A stretch of 33,662 nucleotides of DNA. It comes from Acaryochloridaceae cyanobacterium VAR_48_metabat_390 (GTDB lineage: Bacteria > Cyanobacteriota > Cyanobacteriia > Thermosynechococcales > Thermosynechococcaceae). This document shows positions 25,498-33,662 of this stretch, one piece after another. Positions within the stretch are counted from its first letter, which is position 1, and every line of letters begins with the position of its first letter. The notes beneath the pieces were generated by a model. That model was given only the letters and a program-made list of their open reading frames with translations, did no database searches and was not told the origin of the DNA. The stretch covers positions 1-33,662 of the forward strand of contig JANPLU010000081.1 in NCBI GenBank assembly GCA_031422435.1. The letters are read 5' to 3'. Made by a program: the position numbers and the translations under genes.

Positions 25498-26145
25498 ATG
25501 TCCTTGGAGTTGATCCCCCTCGAACAGTTAGAAGAATTTGCCCGAACCTACGGATACTGGGCGGTTCTGTTTGGGATCATGCTCGAAAATCTAGGCATTC
25601 CTCTGCCTGGAGAGTCGATCGTCTTGGTTGGCGGCTTTTTGGCAGGTCGGGGAGACTTAGGCTTTTGGCAAGTTTTGGCCTGCGTCATTTTTGGCGGCGT
25701 TGTCGGCAATACTTTTGGCTATTGGGTAGGCGTGTACGGCGGCTGGCCTTTGGTATTGCGGGTCAGCCGCTGGTTTCGGATGGATGAGCAGAAGCTGCTT
25801 GACATTAAGCAACGGTTTAGTCTAAACGCCGCAAGAGCGGTTTTCTTTGGACGCTTTATTACCCTGCTACGAATTTTTGCAGGGCCGTTGGCTGGCATTG
25901 TGGAAATGCCCTTTGCACAATTTATGCTCTACAACGTTTTGGGTGCGGTGCTGTGGTCTTCGGTGATGGTAAGCGGGGCTTATTTTGCGGGTCAGTGGGT
26001 GGACTTGACGCAGCTCATTAAATGGGTGAGCCAGTTTAGCGTGGTGGTGCTGGGGGCGATCGCCGCTTGGTTCCTTGTCCCGATCGGGGTTAAGGCCATT
26101 CGCAAAGCCTGGTTTAAGCCCATCAGCGAATCTGAGACACCTTAG
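25498..26145 (+). CDS. DedA family membrane protein
   Basis: LENLGIPLPGE, GNTFGYWVG, FFGRFITLLRIFAGPLAG. Confidence 0.93.
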   Translation: MSLELIPLEQLEEFARTYGYWAVLFGIMLENLGIPLPGESIVLVGGFLAGRGDLGFWQVLACVIFGGVVGNTFGYWVGVYGGWPLVLRVSRWFRMDEQKLLDIKQRFSLNAARAVFFGRFITLLRIFAGPLAGIVEMPFAQFMLYNVLGAVLWSSVMVSGAYFAGQWVDLTQLIKWVSQFSVVVLGAIAAWFLVPIGVKAIRKAWFKPISESETP

Positions 26146-26152
26146 AGACAGC

Positions 26153-26575
26153 ATGACAACAGTTGCAGAGCGCATAGAATCTCTTAAGGCGGGAGTGATT
26201 GCTGGCGGGATGGCCGCAGCAGCAGAGGGCACTATCCAACTGGTTCAGAGCTTTTCTAGCGTGAACGGCTTAGCCGCAGGTGCCTTGGATATGGGCTATT
26301 GGGTGGGTGTGGCGATCGCCGCGTTTTCTGGCTTTCTGTTTGGCGTGACCTGCCGCTACGCCATCCGCAAAGATGAGAATCCTCATCTATCTTCAGGGGT
26401 AGTGCTGGCTTTTGGGTTAGTCCGTGGGCTGTCTCCCATTAATGGAGCTGATTTGACCGTTTCGGCGATGCCACTGGTCTTGTTTGCGGTTTTGGAGAGT
26501 CTTTTACTGTTCGTGATCGCCTACGTCGGGTTATCCACAGCAAGGAGATGGGGCTGGGTTAAGCCTTGTCTTTAG
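26153..26575 (+). CDS. Conserved cyanobacterial membrane protein
   Basis: ERIESLKAG, GFLFGVTCRYAIRKDENPHL, GVVLAFGLVRGL; start set at ATG 26153. Confidence 0.8.
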   Translation: MTTVAERIESLKAGVIAGGMAAAAEGTIQLVQSFSSVNGLAAGALDMGYWVGVAIAAFSGFLFGVTCRYAIRKDENPHLSSGVVLAFGLVRGLSPINGADLTVSAMPLVLFAVLESLLLFVIAYVGLSTARRWGWVKPCL

Positions 26576-26700
26576 CTTGAGAAAGCGAATGGATGGAAAC
26601 CGATCGTCATAGAAGATGTCCCCAACGGTCAGTCTCAGGCACTATTGAACAAAACATACGGTATTGTTACCTTCAAGAATACTGCAGCCTCTCTCCCCCT

Positions 26701-28836
26701 TTATTGCGGATTGAGCAATGCCTGAAAGCTGAGTTCATTACGAATGGAGTCAAAATCTGTATCAGTTTTTGCCAGTTCTTGGTACTCATCAGGGCTAAGG
26801 TCTAGAGCCTTCCTTAGATTTTCTAGAGCAGACTTTAGATTCGCTTGCACAGCAAAGCAACAGGCTTTGTTATAGAAGGCATTAGAGTCAGCAGGCTTAA
26901 TTTCGATGGCTTTATCATAGCTGATGATCGCATTTTCAAGCTGGTCTAATTTAAACAGCGCATTCCCACGACTACAGTAGGCTTCGTATTTATCGAGCTT
27001 AATTTCGATGGCTCTATCATAGCTGGTGATCGCATTTTCAAGCTGGTCTAATCCGCTCAGTGCATTCCCACGGTTATACCAAGCTTCGTGAAAATTCGGC
27101 TTAATTTCGACGGCTTTATCATAGCTGGTGATCGCATTTTCAAGCTGGTCTAATTCGCTCAGTGCACCCCCACGGTTATACCAGGCTTCGTAGTAATCCG
27201 GCTTAATTTCGACGGCTTTATCATAGCTGGTGATCGCATTTTCAAAATTTTTCTGTGCTAAATCTTGGTAGTTCCCCAGCTTATTGTCCTCCCCCAGATA
27301 AGAAAAGCAGTTTCCCCGCATCCAGAAAATCTGAGCCAGCTCAGACCGTTGAGCTGACTCATTCCGTAATCCCAAACTCGGTTCTAGAATACCCAAGAGC
27401 CGAGTGAGGCAAGGTAAGGCTTCTCTATAACAGCTCAGCCGATAAGTAGAAAACGCAAACCCACTTAGGGGTTTCACCATTACCAAGGGTTGTCGCTTTG
27501 CCTCTTGTAACAGTAGCTTTGAAAGCTTTGACAAATACTCACCGGCTTCAACCCGATACTCTTTCGCTTCAATTAACCCATCTGGCGGGTCTAACAGCCG
27601 AGTTTCCATTGCAACCAGCCGCCTAAACCCCCGACGGGTCTCCCAAGCCTGCCACCAATGCCCTTTTCTTAACAACAGTGCTGTCTTTTGCACCAATACA
27701 GGCTGGAGTTCAACATCCACCTGACGCAGTAAATCCACCGCATCATAGAGCGATTTAGTCACCGGATACTGCCTAACGGCTAAGTCATAGCGCTCCTTCC
27801 AACTGCCCAACAAGGTAGGTCTAAAGGTTTGGATAGATAGCTGCTCTTGGCGTGTTTTCGCCTGAATCAGGTTTTCAACAATATTTCTAAACGTCCCGTC
27901 ATTCCTTCGGGCAATTTCGTCAAAATCCCTAGAATCAGCCTTAATGCTTCCATCCTTCACCCCCTCCTTCAGAACCGTCACAAATGCCTGCCACTGAGAT
28001 TCTGGCAATACATACTGCTCAAACCGTCTCCAAAACCTGAGGTACTTTGTCAGCTCCAACTTATCCCGCTCAGAGGGTTCCCCTTCTCGCTCTGGCACCA
28101 ATTCATTCCTTGCCGTTGCAACCACCCAAACCTCACGGCACTCCCGCTCATAAAACGCCAGAGTGCGCTGAAGCCGTTCCTGAAGCGGCTCCTTCAAAAT
28201 TTCATCCGAAATCCCGTTCCGCGACACCCCTTCTCGTTGCCGACTACTATACATCGGTCGGTTTAAATCATCCAGAAAAAACAGTAGTTTGCGCCGTTGC
28301 TCCATGTGCCCCTCCGGGAACATAACGGGTACATCCAACCATTTCCCATCCTTCAGCCTCAAAATCGTCCAACCTTCCTGATTGAGGCGTTGGGCAAGTT
28401 CAGCCGCCTCACGGGTCTTACCCAACCCCGTACGCCCCAGAATTAACAGACCTTTCTTCGTCCTTAGGCTAGATTCCAATTCCTGAGAGACATTCCGCCG
28501 CCGATCTCGAGAAACATAGGCAATATTAAAATCCGCTAAAGCATCATCATTCGCTTGCAAAGACCCCAGCAGACGCTTCAACACATCTTGCCTTTCTCCA
28601 TAAGGCATAATCACCTCAAACGGAAACGCATCCGCCAAACTTTTGGAAGGCGTAGGGCACTGTTGCCACCGCAAAACTCGTGGTAAGCCCCACTTCACAA
28701 AAGTCCAAGCTACCCCAGTAATCGTGAACAGAAGTGCGGCAATTGCACCAATGGCCTGCACAACATCTGGCTTATCCTGGATGTATTTCCAGACTTCTTT
28801 CAGGCCATCAAAAAGATTACGCACCCAACGGCTCAC
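26701..28836 (-). CDS. Membrane-anchored P-loop NTPase with C-terminal TPR repeats (STAND-like)
   Basis: N-terminal TM helix; Walker A GRTGLGKT; Walker B LLFFLDD; VVATAR; 34-aa TPRs; YNKACCFA cap. Confidence 0.85.
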   Translation of the reverse strand: MSRWVRNLFDGLKEVWKYIQDKPDVVQAIGAIAALLFTITGVAWTFVKWGLPRVLRWQQCPTPSKSLADAFPFEVIMPYGERQDVLKRLLGSLQANDDALADFNIAYVSRDRRRNVSQELESSLRTKKGLLILGRTGLGKTREAAELAQRLNQEGWTILRLKDGKWLDVPVMFPEGHMEQRRKLLFFLDDLNRPMYSSRQREGVSRNGISDEILKEPLQERLQRTLAFYERECREVWVVATARNELVPEREGEPSERDKLELTKYLRFWRRFEQYVLPESQWQAFVTVLKEGVKDGSIKADSRDFDEIARRNDGTFRNIVENLIQAKTRQEQLSIQTFRPTLLGSWKERYDLAVRQYPVTKSLYDAVDLLRQVDVELQPVLVQKTALLLRKGHWWQAWETRRGFRRLVAMETRLLDPPDGLIEAKEYRVEAGEYLSKLSKLLLQEAKRQPLVMVKPLSGFAFSTYRLSCYREALPCLTRLLGILEPSLGLRNESAQRSELAQIFWMRGNCFSYLGEDNKLGNYQDLAQKNFENAITSYDKAVEIKPDYYEAWYNRGGALSELDQLENAITSYDKAVEIKPNFHEAWYNRGNALSGLDQLENAITSYDRAIEIKLDKYEAYCSRGNALFKLDQLENAIISYDKAIEIKPADSNAFYNKACCFAVQANLKSALENLRKALDLSPDEYQELAKTDTDFDSIRNELSFQALLNPQ
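26894..27246. repeat. 102-bp tandem repeats encoding TPRs
   Basis: atcatagctg(g/a)tgatcgcattttcaa at 26914, 27016, 27118 and 27220. Confidence 0.9.
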
Positions 28837-29226
28837 ACTTTTTATATCAGAGTTAATTCACAAAAGATAGTGTATAAAATCTTAGCAAATTCAACAGAAT
28901 TAAACTCGATTTTTCACAAAGCCCAATACAAAAACTGAGAAACTCTAACTTTTTTGATCTGAAGCCTTTTCCAAATCTCGCAGTCCCCCACGCCATCCCA
29001 GCCTTTGGCAATGCGCCCTGCCTCTTATCCATCAAACTCTCAAGCTACAGTTCGGTCTTCATCATGCATCGCACCGTAACCTTTCTTGTGCGGTAGACAA
29101 AACACGTTCAGGTTTATCATCGTTTCACCATAAAAGAAAAGCAAAATGACCTTACATAGGGGCAATTGATTATTTCGTGAGCGGTGTTTATGACCTTCAC
29201 TGAGTCATGGTTTGTGCCACAAGGGT

Positions 29227-30462
29227 TCACAAATCAGGCAGCATTGCACTCTTTAATTCACTCATCAATGCAGAACTCATGATTTGCTTAAGTTTCGGAA
29301 TTTCGATGGCTAGATTAAAATTCTGTGCCACTTTGAGATGTCCAGCCTGTCCCAGTTGTTGTCGAAGCGATGCATCTTCTAATAACTCATCAATCCTTTG
29401 CGCCAGCGGCTCCACAGCTCCTGGTGGCACAAGATATCCATTGATGCCCTGCTCCACCAGCTCGCTAACCCCAGCAATAGGAGTCGTGATTACAGGTACC
29501 CCTGCCGCAAGGGCTTCCATCAGCGCAACGGGTAGCCCTTCGGAGAAGCTGGGCAAGACAAAAATATCGCTGTTGTGTAGGTACTGACAGACTGCATTCT
29601 GAGACTGATATCCCACAAACCGAAGGTAAGGAGTGAGCTTTAGGGCTGCGGCTAGGGTTTCTAACGCTTGGCGATCGGAGCCATCCCCTACAAGGGTTAA
29701 AACCAGGTCGGGATGGTGAGGCACAACCTGAGCCAGTGCCTGAAACAGAATGGGTAAACCTTTGGCGGCAGCAAGACGACCTGTATAGAGCAGCCGTTTA
29801 CCATTGGGCTGATGAATAACGGCAGTAAATTGCTGAAGGTCAACGCCGCAGTGGACAATATGAAGCTTAGGCCACTGGTCAGACGGACAAAACAGCATGA
29901 GCTGAGAGCGGCAGTAATAGCTAATGCAGCTTACAAACAGCGCCTGCCGCACCTTAAGGTCTAGTCGCCAGCGGTAGGGTTCAAAAAAGATGGCGGGGCC
30001 GTGAAGGGTAAAGCTAAAGCGGATGCCTGCAAGGGTAGCGGCAAGCATGGCGACGGTACAGCTTGAGTCGGCGAGATGGTTATGGAGATGCTGAATTTTG
30101 CGCTGTTGGAGTGCGTGGGCTAGGGTGCCTGCCTCGATGAAGTAAATGAGCTGGTAGAGAAGCGCTTTGAAGCCTGGCGATCGCCCCATCCAAGCTAGCC
30201 GTATCCCCTGAGCATAGCGACGAGGAGCGCGAAACAGTAGAGAAAGGTGGGCTTGAAGGAGATGGGGCAGATGAGGGGGGAGGAGTGTGGCGGTGCGATC
30301 GCGTTCGGCCTGCTGTTCTGGCCCCACGATATGTTCGGCACCTGTAGGACGAACCGAAAACGTATGCACTTCGACCCCAAGCGCACGCAGCCCCGCTACT
30401 TCCCGCTGAATGAAGGTATCCGTGGCTCTAGGATATTCCCCTGTGAGGTAGGCAATCCGCAT
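29227..30462 (-). CDS. Glycosyltransferase family 4
   Basis: YPRATDTFIQRE, HLHNH, FSFTLHG, EGLPVALMEA (EX7E). Confidence 0.93.
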   Translation of the reverse strand: MRIAYLTGEYPRATDTFIQREVAGLRALGVEVHTFSVRPTGAEHIVGPEQQAERDRTATLLPPHLPHLLQAHLSLLFRAPRRYAQGIRLAWMGRSPGFKALLYQLIYFIEAGTLAHALQQRKIQHLHNHLADSSCTVAMLAATLAGIRFSFTLHGPAIFFEPYRWRLDLKVRQALFVSCISYYCRSQLMLFCPSDQWPKLHIVHCGVDLQQFTAVIHQPNGKRLLYTGRLAAAKGLPILFQALAQVVPHHPDLVLTLVGDGSDRQALETLAAALKLTPYLRFVGYQSQNAVCQYLHNSDIFVLPSFSEGLPVALMEALAAGVPVITTPIAGVSELVEQGINGYLVPPGAVEPLAQRIDELLEDASLRQQLGQAGHLKVAQNFNLAIEIPKLKQIMSSALMSELKSAMLPDL

Positions 30463-31466
30463 TAGGGCTGCACCTCCCAGAAATTGCTCTCGCTGACTGA
30501 GCGTTCTAGGGCTTCTGACAGAGAAAACTGGGGAGTCCAGTCTAGGTATTGCTTAGCGCGAGTGTTGCTGTAGGTTAAGGGCTTAAAACGAGCATGAACC
30601 CTGGCAGGTACCAACAGCCCAGGGAGCTTTGCAGGGGAAATTCCTGGAATTTTTGCCGCCCAGCCTGAAATTTGGTTCATCACAGCCCAGGGTAATGTGA
30701 CGCTAGGAGGCAGGTGTGGCAAGACTTGATGGAGCGCATCTCGATAGGCTTCTTGGGTGGGCAGGTCGTCATCTGTGAGGTTAATGGTGTGGCGGCTTTT
30801 GGGTGGGTACAGCACAGCCTGCATAATGGCATCGGCACAGTTTTCGACGTAGAGCAGGGGTAGGGTGGCGCGATCGCCCACGCCCACCCACAGCCGACCC
30901 TTTATGTTCACGCCCAGCGAAGCATTCCAGAGATGGTCTTTGCCGTAGACAATACCAGGACGCAGAATAGTGAGCAGTTTTGAAGTCTCCGTGGCAAACT
31001 GCCGCACCAGAACCTCTTGTGCCAGCTTGGTTTGGGTATAGCCGTCCCGTTGGTCAGGGTGGGCTTCGAGGGGCATACTTTCAGAGAGAATAGTGCCCTG
31101 ACTTAAGGCCAAATAGTCATACACAGAAAACGTGCTGATGGCGATGAGATGCCCAACGTCAGACGCTTTGAGCGCTTGCAATAACGCGCGAGTCGCCAAA
31201 ATGGTGCCCTGTTTTTGCGCCTCAAAGGTGCCGGATAGCACAGCGGCTAAATGCACCACGGTATCCATGCCGTCAAGGGCGGCTGGGAGGTTTGCTGCAT
31301 CCTGCAAGTCGCCGTAGCAGACGACTTCGAGCTGAGGGTGGTTAGGCCAAAGCAGTACCTGTTTTGGAGAGCGTACCAGCGCCCGAACTGCGTAGCCTTT
31401 GCGAAGCGCCGCTGCAACCACATAACGCCCAATAAACCCTGATGCCCCTGTAATTAGTAGTTTCAT
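30462..31466 (-). CDS. NAD-dependent epimerase/dehydratase
   Basis: ITGASGFIG, VVHLAA, YTQTK, LRPGIVYG. Confidence 0.92.
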   Translation of the reverse strand: MKLLITGASGFIGRYVVAAALRKGYAVRALVRSPKQVLLWPNHPQLEVVCYGDLQDAANLPAALDGMDTVVHLAAVLSGTFEAQKQGTILATRALLQALKASDVGHLIAISTFSVYDYLALSQGTILSESMPLEAHPDQRDGYTQTKLAQEVLVRQFATETSKLLTILRPGIVYGKDHLWNASLGVNIKGRLWVGVGDRATLPLLYVENCADAIMQAVLYPPKSRHTINLTDDDLPTQEAYRDALHQVLPHLPPSVTLPWAVMNQISGWAAKIPGISPAKLPGLLVPARVHARFKPLTYSNTRAKQYLDWTPQFSLSEALERSVSESNFWEVQP

Positions 31467-31470
31467 AAAA

Positions 31471-32601
31471 TTAGCTTACCGCCCACGGCATTGGAGCGAT
31501 GGGAGCAAAGGTGGTTGTGGGTTGGTAACACACCCCAGAAGTGGCGTTTTGAATGGCAAGCACCACTTCATTAACGTGCAGCGAAAATTCAGCAGAAAGG
31601 CGGCTGGGGCGCTGAGCCTCAATCGCCTCGACCAGCTCTACCACGCCACGGGCATAGTCCATCTGCTGGCCTTTTTTAGTTTTTTTCCTTTGCTGATGCG
31701 ATCGCACTAAGGGATACTTCTGAGACAGCGGACTCATGAAGGTCTTGCGACGGAGCGTGAGCGATCGCCGCACAAACACAGGCGCACGATAAAACCAGCA
31801 GTCGCGGGTCGAAAGAATGCCTTTATCTCCAATGATTTGCAGCCTGTGGTCATGGGGAGCCACAATGCTGCACGTGAGACGAGCCACCACGCCTGAAGCA
31901 AATTGCAGACAGGCCACGGAAAAGTCTGGGGTGTGTGCAGGATCTAGAGGCACGTCAACTTGCTTATCCGGTACTTGACAAGAGGCAAAGGCCGTCAAAG
32001 ACGTAACAGGACCAAAAAAGGCGGTGAGCCAAGTCACGTAATAGGCCGCGTGTTCAATGGTGCAGCCCACCTCAAACTCATCTTTAGCAGGCCATGGTAC
32101 ACCAGAACTGCTGCACCACTGGCGGTAGGGCATGGTGTGGAGCAGTCCGTCATCCATCTCGGCATAGACGACCCGAACGGTGCCAACTACCTGCTCTCTA
32201 AGCGCCTTCCAGAGCGTCTGAGCTGTTTCGCTAAGCAGATTGCAGGGCGCACAGGAGAGGTACCGCCCTCTGTTTTGGGCAAGGGTAAAAAGGTGCTGAG
32301 CATCCTCGAAATGCATGGCGAGGGGTTTTTCAGAATAGACGTGTTTGTCAGCCATTAGGCAAGCCTTAGAGACTTCAAAGTGGCTGCGAGGATTAGTGAG
32401 GTTGAGGACTAGCTCAATACTGGGGTCTTCTAAAAGCGCTGTGAGCGTGGGATAAACGGGCAGGTTATGATACTTGCCAAAATGCTCAGCCCGTTCAACG
32501 TTGCGATCCATCACCCCCACGACCGTTAACTGAGAGTAGTCGCGCAGGGTACTGATGTAGTAATCGGCGACAAATCCACAGCCTACAATGGCAATCCGCA
32601 T
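31471..32601 (-). CDS. Gfo/Idh/MocA family oxidoreductase
   Basis: IAIVGCG, KHVYSEKP. Confidence 0.92.
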   Translation of the reverse strand: MRIAIVGCGFVADYYISTLRDYSQLTVVGVMDRNVERAEHFGKYHNLPVYPTLTALLEDPSIELVLNLTNPRSHFEVSKACLMADKHVYSEKPLAMHFEDAQHLFTLAQNRGRYLSCAPCNLLSETAQTLWKALREQVVGTVRVVYAEMDDGLLHTMPYRQWCSSSGVPWPAKDEFEVGCTIEHAAYYVTWLTAFFGPVTSLTAFASCQVPDKQVDVPLDPAHTPDFSVACLQFASGVVARLTCSIVAPHDHRLQIIGDKGILSTRDCWFYRAPVFVRRSLTLRRKTFMSPLSQKYPLVRSHQQRKKTKKGQQMDYARGVVELVEAIEAQRPSRLSAEFSLHVNEVVLAIQNATSGVCYQPTTTFAPIAPMPWAVS

Positions 32602-32644
32602 GGAAATTCCTGGTTCTAAAATTTATTCCAACGCTGCCCAGCCA

Positions 32645-33662
32645 CTAGACCGCAGCGAGCTGAAGATTCTGGTAGGTGCTTTTGAGGGCACCAATGGTTT
32701 GTCCTACGGCAAGGGGTAGCTGCTGGTAGAGTGCTTGTGCCCCTGTGGTACTACCCGATTTACCCATTTGCTCTAGCTCTCGACACAGTTGCCCAACCTG
32801 GACAGCACCTAAATTAATGCTGCCGGAGCGCAAGGCGTGAGCAGCCTGCCGGAGTGCTTCAGGATCGGATTGGGCGATCGCCCTCTCAATCGCTACCAGC
32901 CGCTGCGGTACGTCTTCTGCATAGGCTTCTAGCAGCTCATGCAGTAGCGCTGCGGCTACCTCAGGTCCAGCCATCTGCAAAAATCCGTCCAGAATAGATT
33001 GATCCAGAATCATGGGATTTTCTTGAGGAAGATTAGGTCGGTTACGCGGCAAAAGATCCTGTTCTAAGAATAAAGAGTTTTCACCCCGTTGAAGTGCCGT
33101 TTGCAAATCTTGCATTCGGAGTGGCTTCGTGATGTAGTCCTGCATTCCTGCATTGATACATCGCTCCCGATCTCCTGCCATTGCATAGGCCGTGAGGGCA
33201 ATAATATAGGGGTAATTTGGGGTCTGCCATTCTATGCGAATAGCCTGAGCGGCAGAAATTCCGTCCATTATCGGCATCTCAATATCCATCAAGACCAGGG
33301 CATACGCTGTCTCGCGTAGCGCTTCGATCGCCTCAGCGCCATTATTGGCAATTTTGAACTCATAGCCAAGCTGCTTGAGCATAAACTGAGCCACCGTTTG
33401 ATTGACGGGGTTATCCTCAACGAGCAGCACAGGCGTTTTTTGCGTTCCACTCAATCTAGATTCTGGATCAACTTCGATCTGCGGTGCCCGTTCAGGCGCA
33501 GGCTCTAGAGCGTAGGCTGCGGTAGTGGCAATGGTGAAATAGAAAGCTGCACCAGAATCAATTGCTGGCTCTAGAAACGCTCCAGCGCCTTGCTTATCGG
33601 CGGCGCTGGAGAATGAGACCCATGTAGGCGACGGATTGCCAGCAACGCTTCCCATACTTTCA
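32645..33662 (-). CDS. Hybrid histidine kinase, C-terminal part (end of HATPase, receiver, Hpt); 5' end outside window
   Basis: Frame is open to the window edge (ESMG...); GAAFYFTI end of HATPase; LLVEDN/LMDIEMP/KP receiver; AHALRSGS Hpt. Confidence 0.9.
   Translation of the reverse strand, partial: ESMGSVAGNPSPTWVSFSSAADKQGAGAFLEPAIDSGAAFYFTIATTAAYALEPAPERAPQIEVDPESRLSGTQKTPVLLVEDNPVNQTVAQFMLKQLGYEFKIANNGAEAIEALRETAYALVLMDIEMPIMDGISAAQAIRIEWQTPNYPYIIALTAYAMAGDRERCINAGMQDYITKPLRMQDLQTALQRGENSLFLEQDLLPRNRPNLPQENPMILDQSILDGFLQMAGPEVAAALLHELLEAYAEDVPQRLVAIERAIAQSDPEALRQAAHALRSGSINLGAVQVGQLCRELEQMGKSGSTTGAQALYQQLPLAVGQTIGALKSTYQNLQLAAV

Noticed and set aside
26894..27246. CRISPR-like regular repeats
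   Set aside because: The period is 102 bp with similar intervening sequence, in frame within a TPR gene; no cas genes.
28853..29220. Possible gene or IS remnant upstream of the NTPase-TPR gene
   Set aside because: No recognisable protein motif or terminal repeats by eye.

Overview
Cyanobacterial chromosome segment (frequent HIP1 octamer GCGATCGC; nblA and tmk-holB-tRNA-Phe backbone). Bases 1-11404 are the right part of an integrated mobile element ending in a 3' fragment of tRNA-Ala(GGC), read here as attR. It encodes an excisionase-like protein, a primase/VirE-type helicase with iteron-like repeats in its 3' end, and a lone tape-measure-like protein with an apparently circularly permuted M23 peptidase domain. 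No capsid, portal or terminase gene is visible in the window. Its accessory region is built from repeated modules led by small RHH-like regulators. The most unusual feature is a ~620-nt non-coding, highly self-complementary element present twice (8982-9605 and 11985-12629). By manual pairing it folds so that a TTGCCA-N16-TACACT promoter becomes double-stranded with a mismatched -10, suggesting a single-stranded-DNA promoter/priming signal or a promoter-mimic RNA. Next comes an anti-sigma/ECF sigma locus with three recognisable ECF promoters. The rest is mostly core genes (pepP, sppA, aroH, CBS protein, tmk, holB, tRNA-Phe, an nblA missed by the ORF track, AI-2E transporter, SIMPL, ssb, DedA), a membrane-anchored NTPase-TPR protein, a polysaccharide-related operon and the 3' end of a hybrid histidine kinase. 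All calls are from reading motifs by eye; no searches or folding programs were run.
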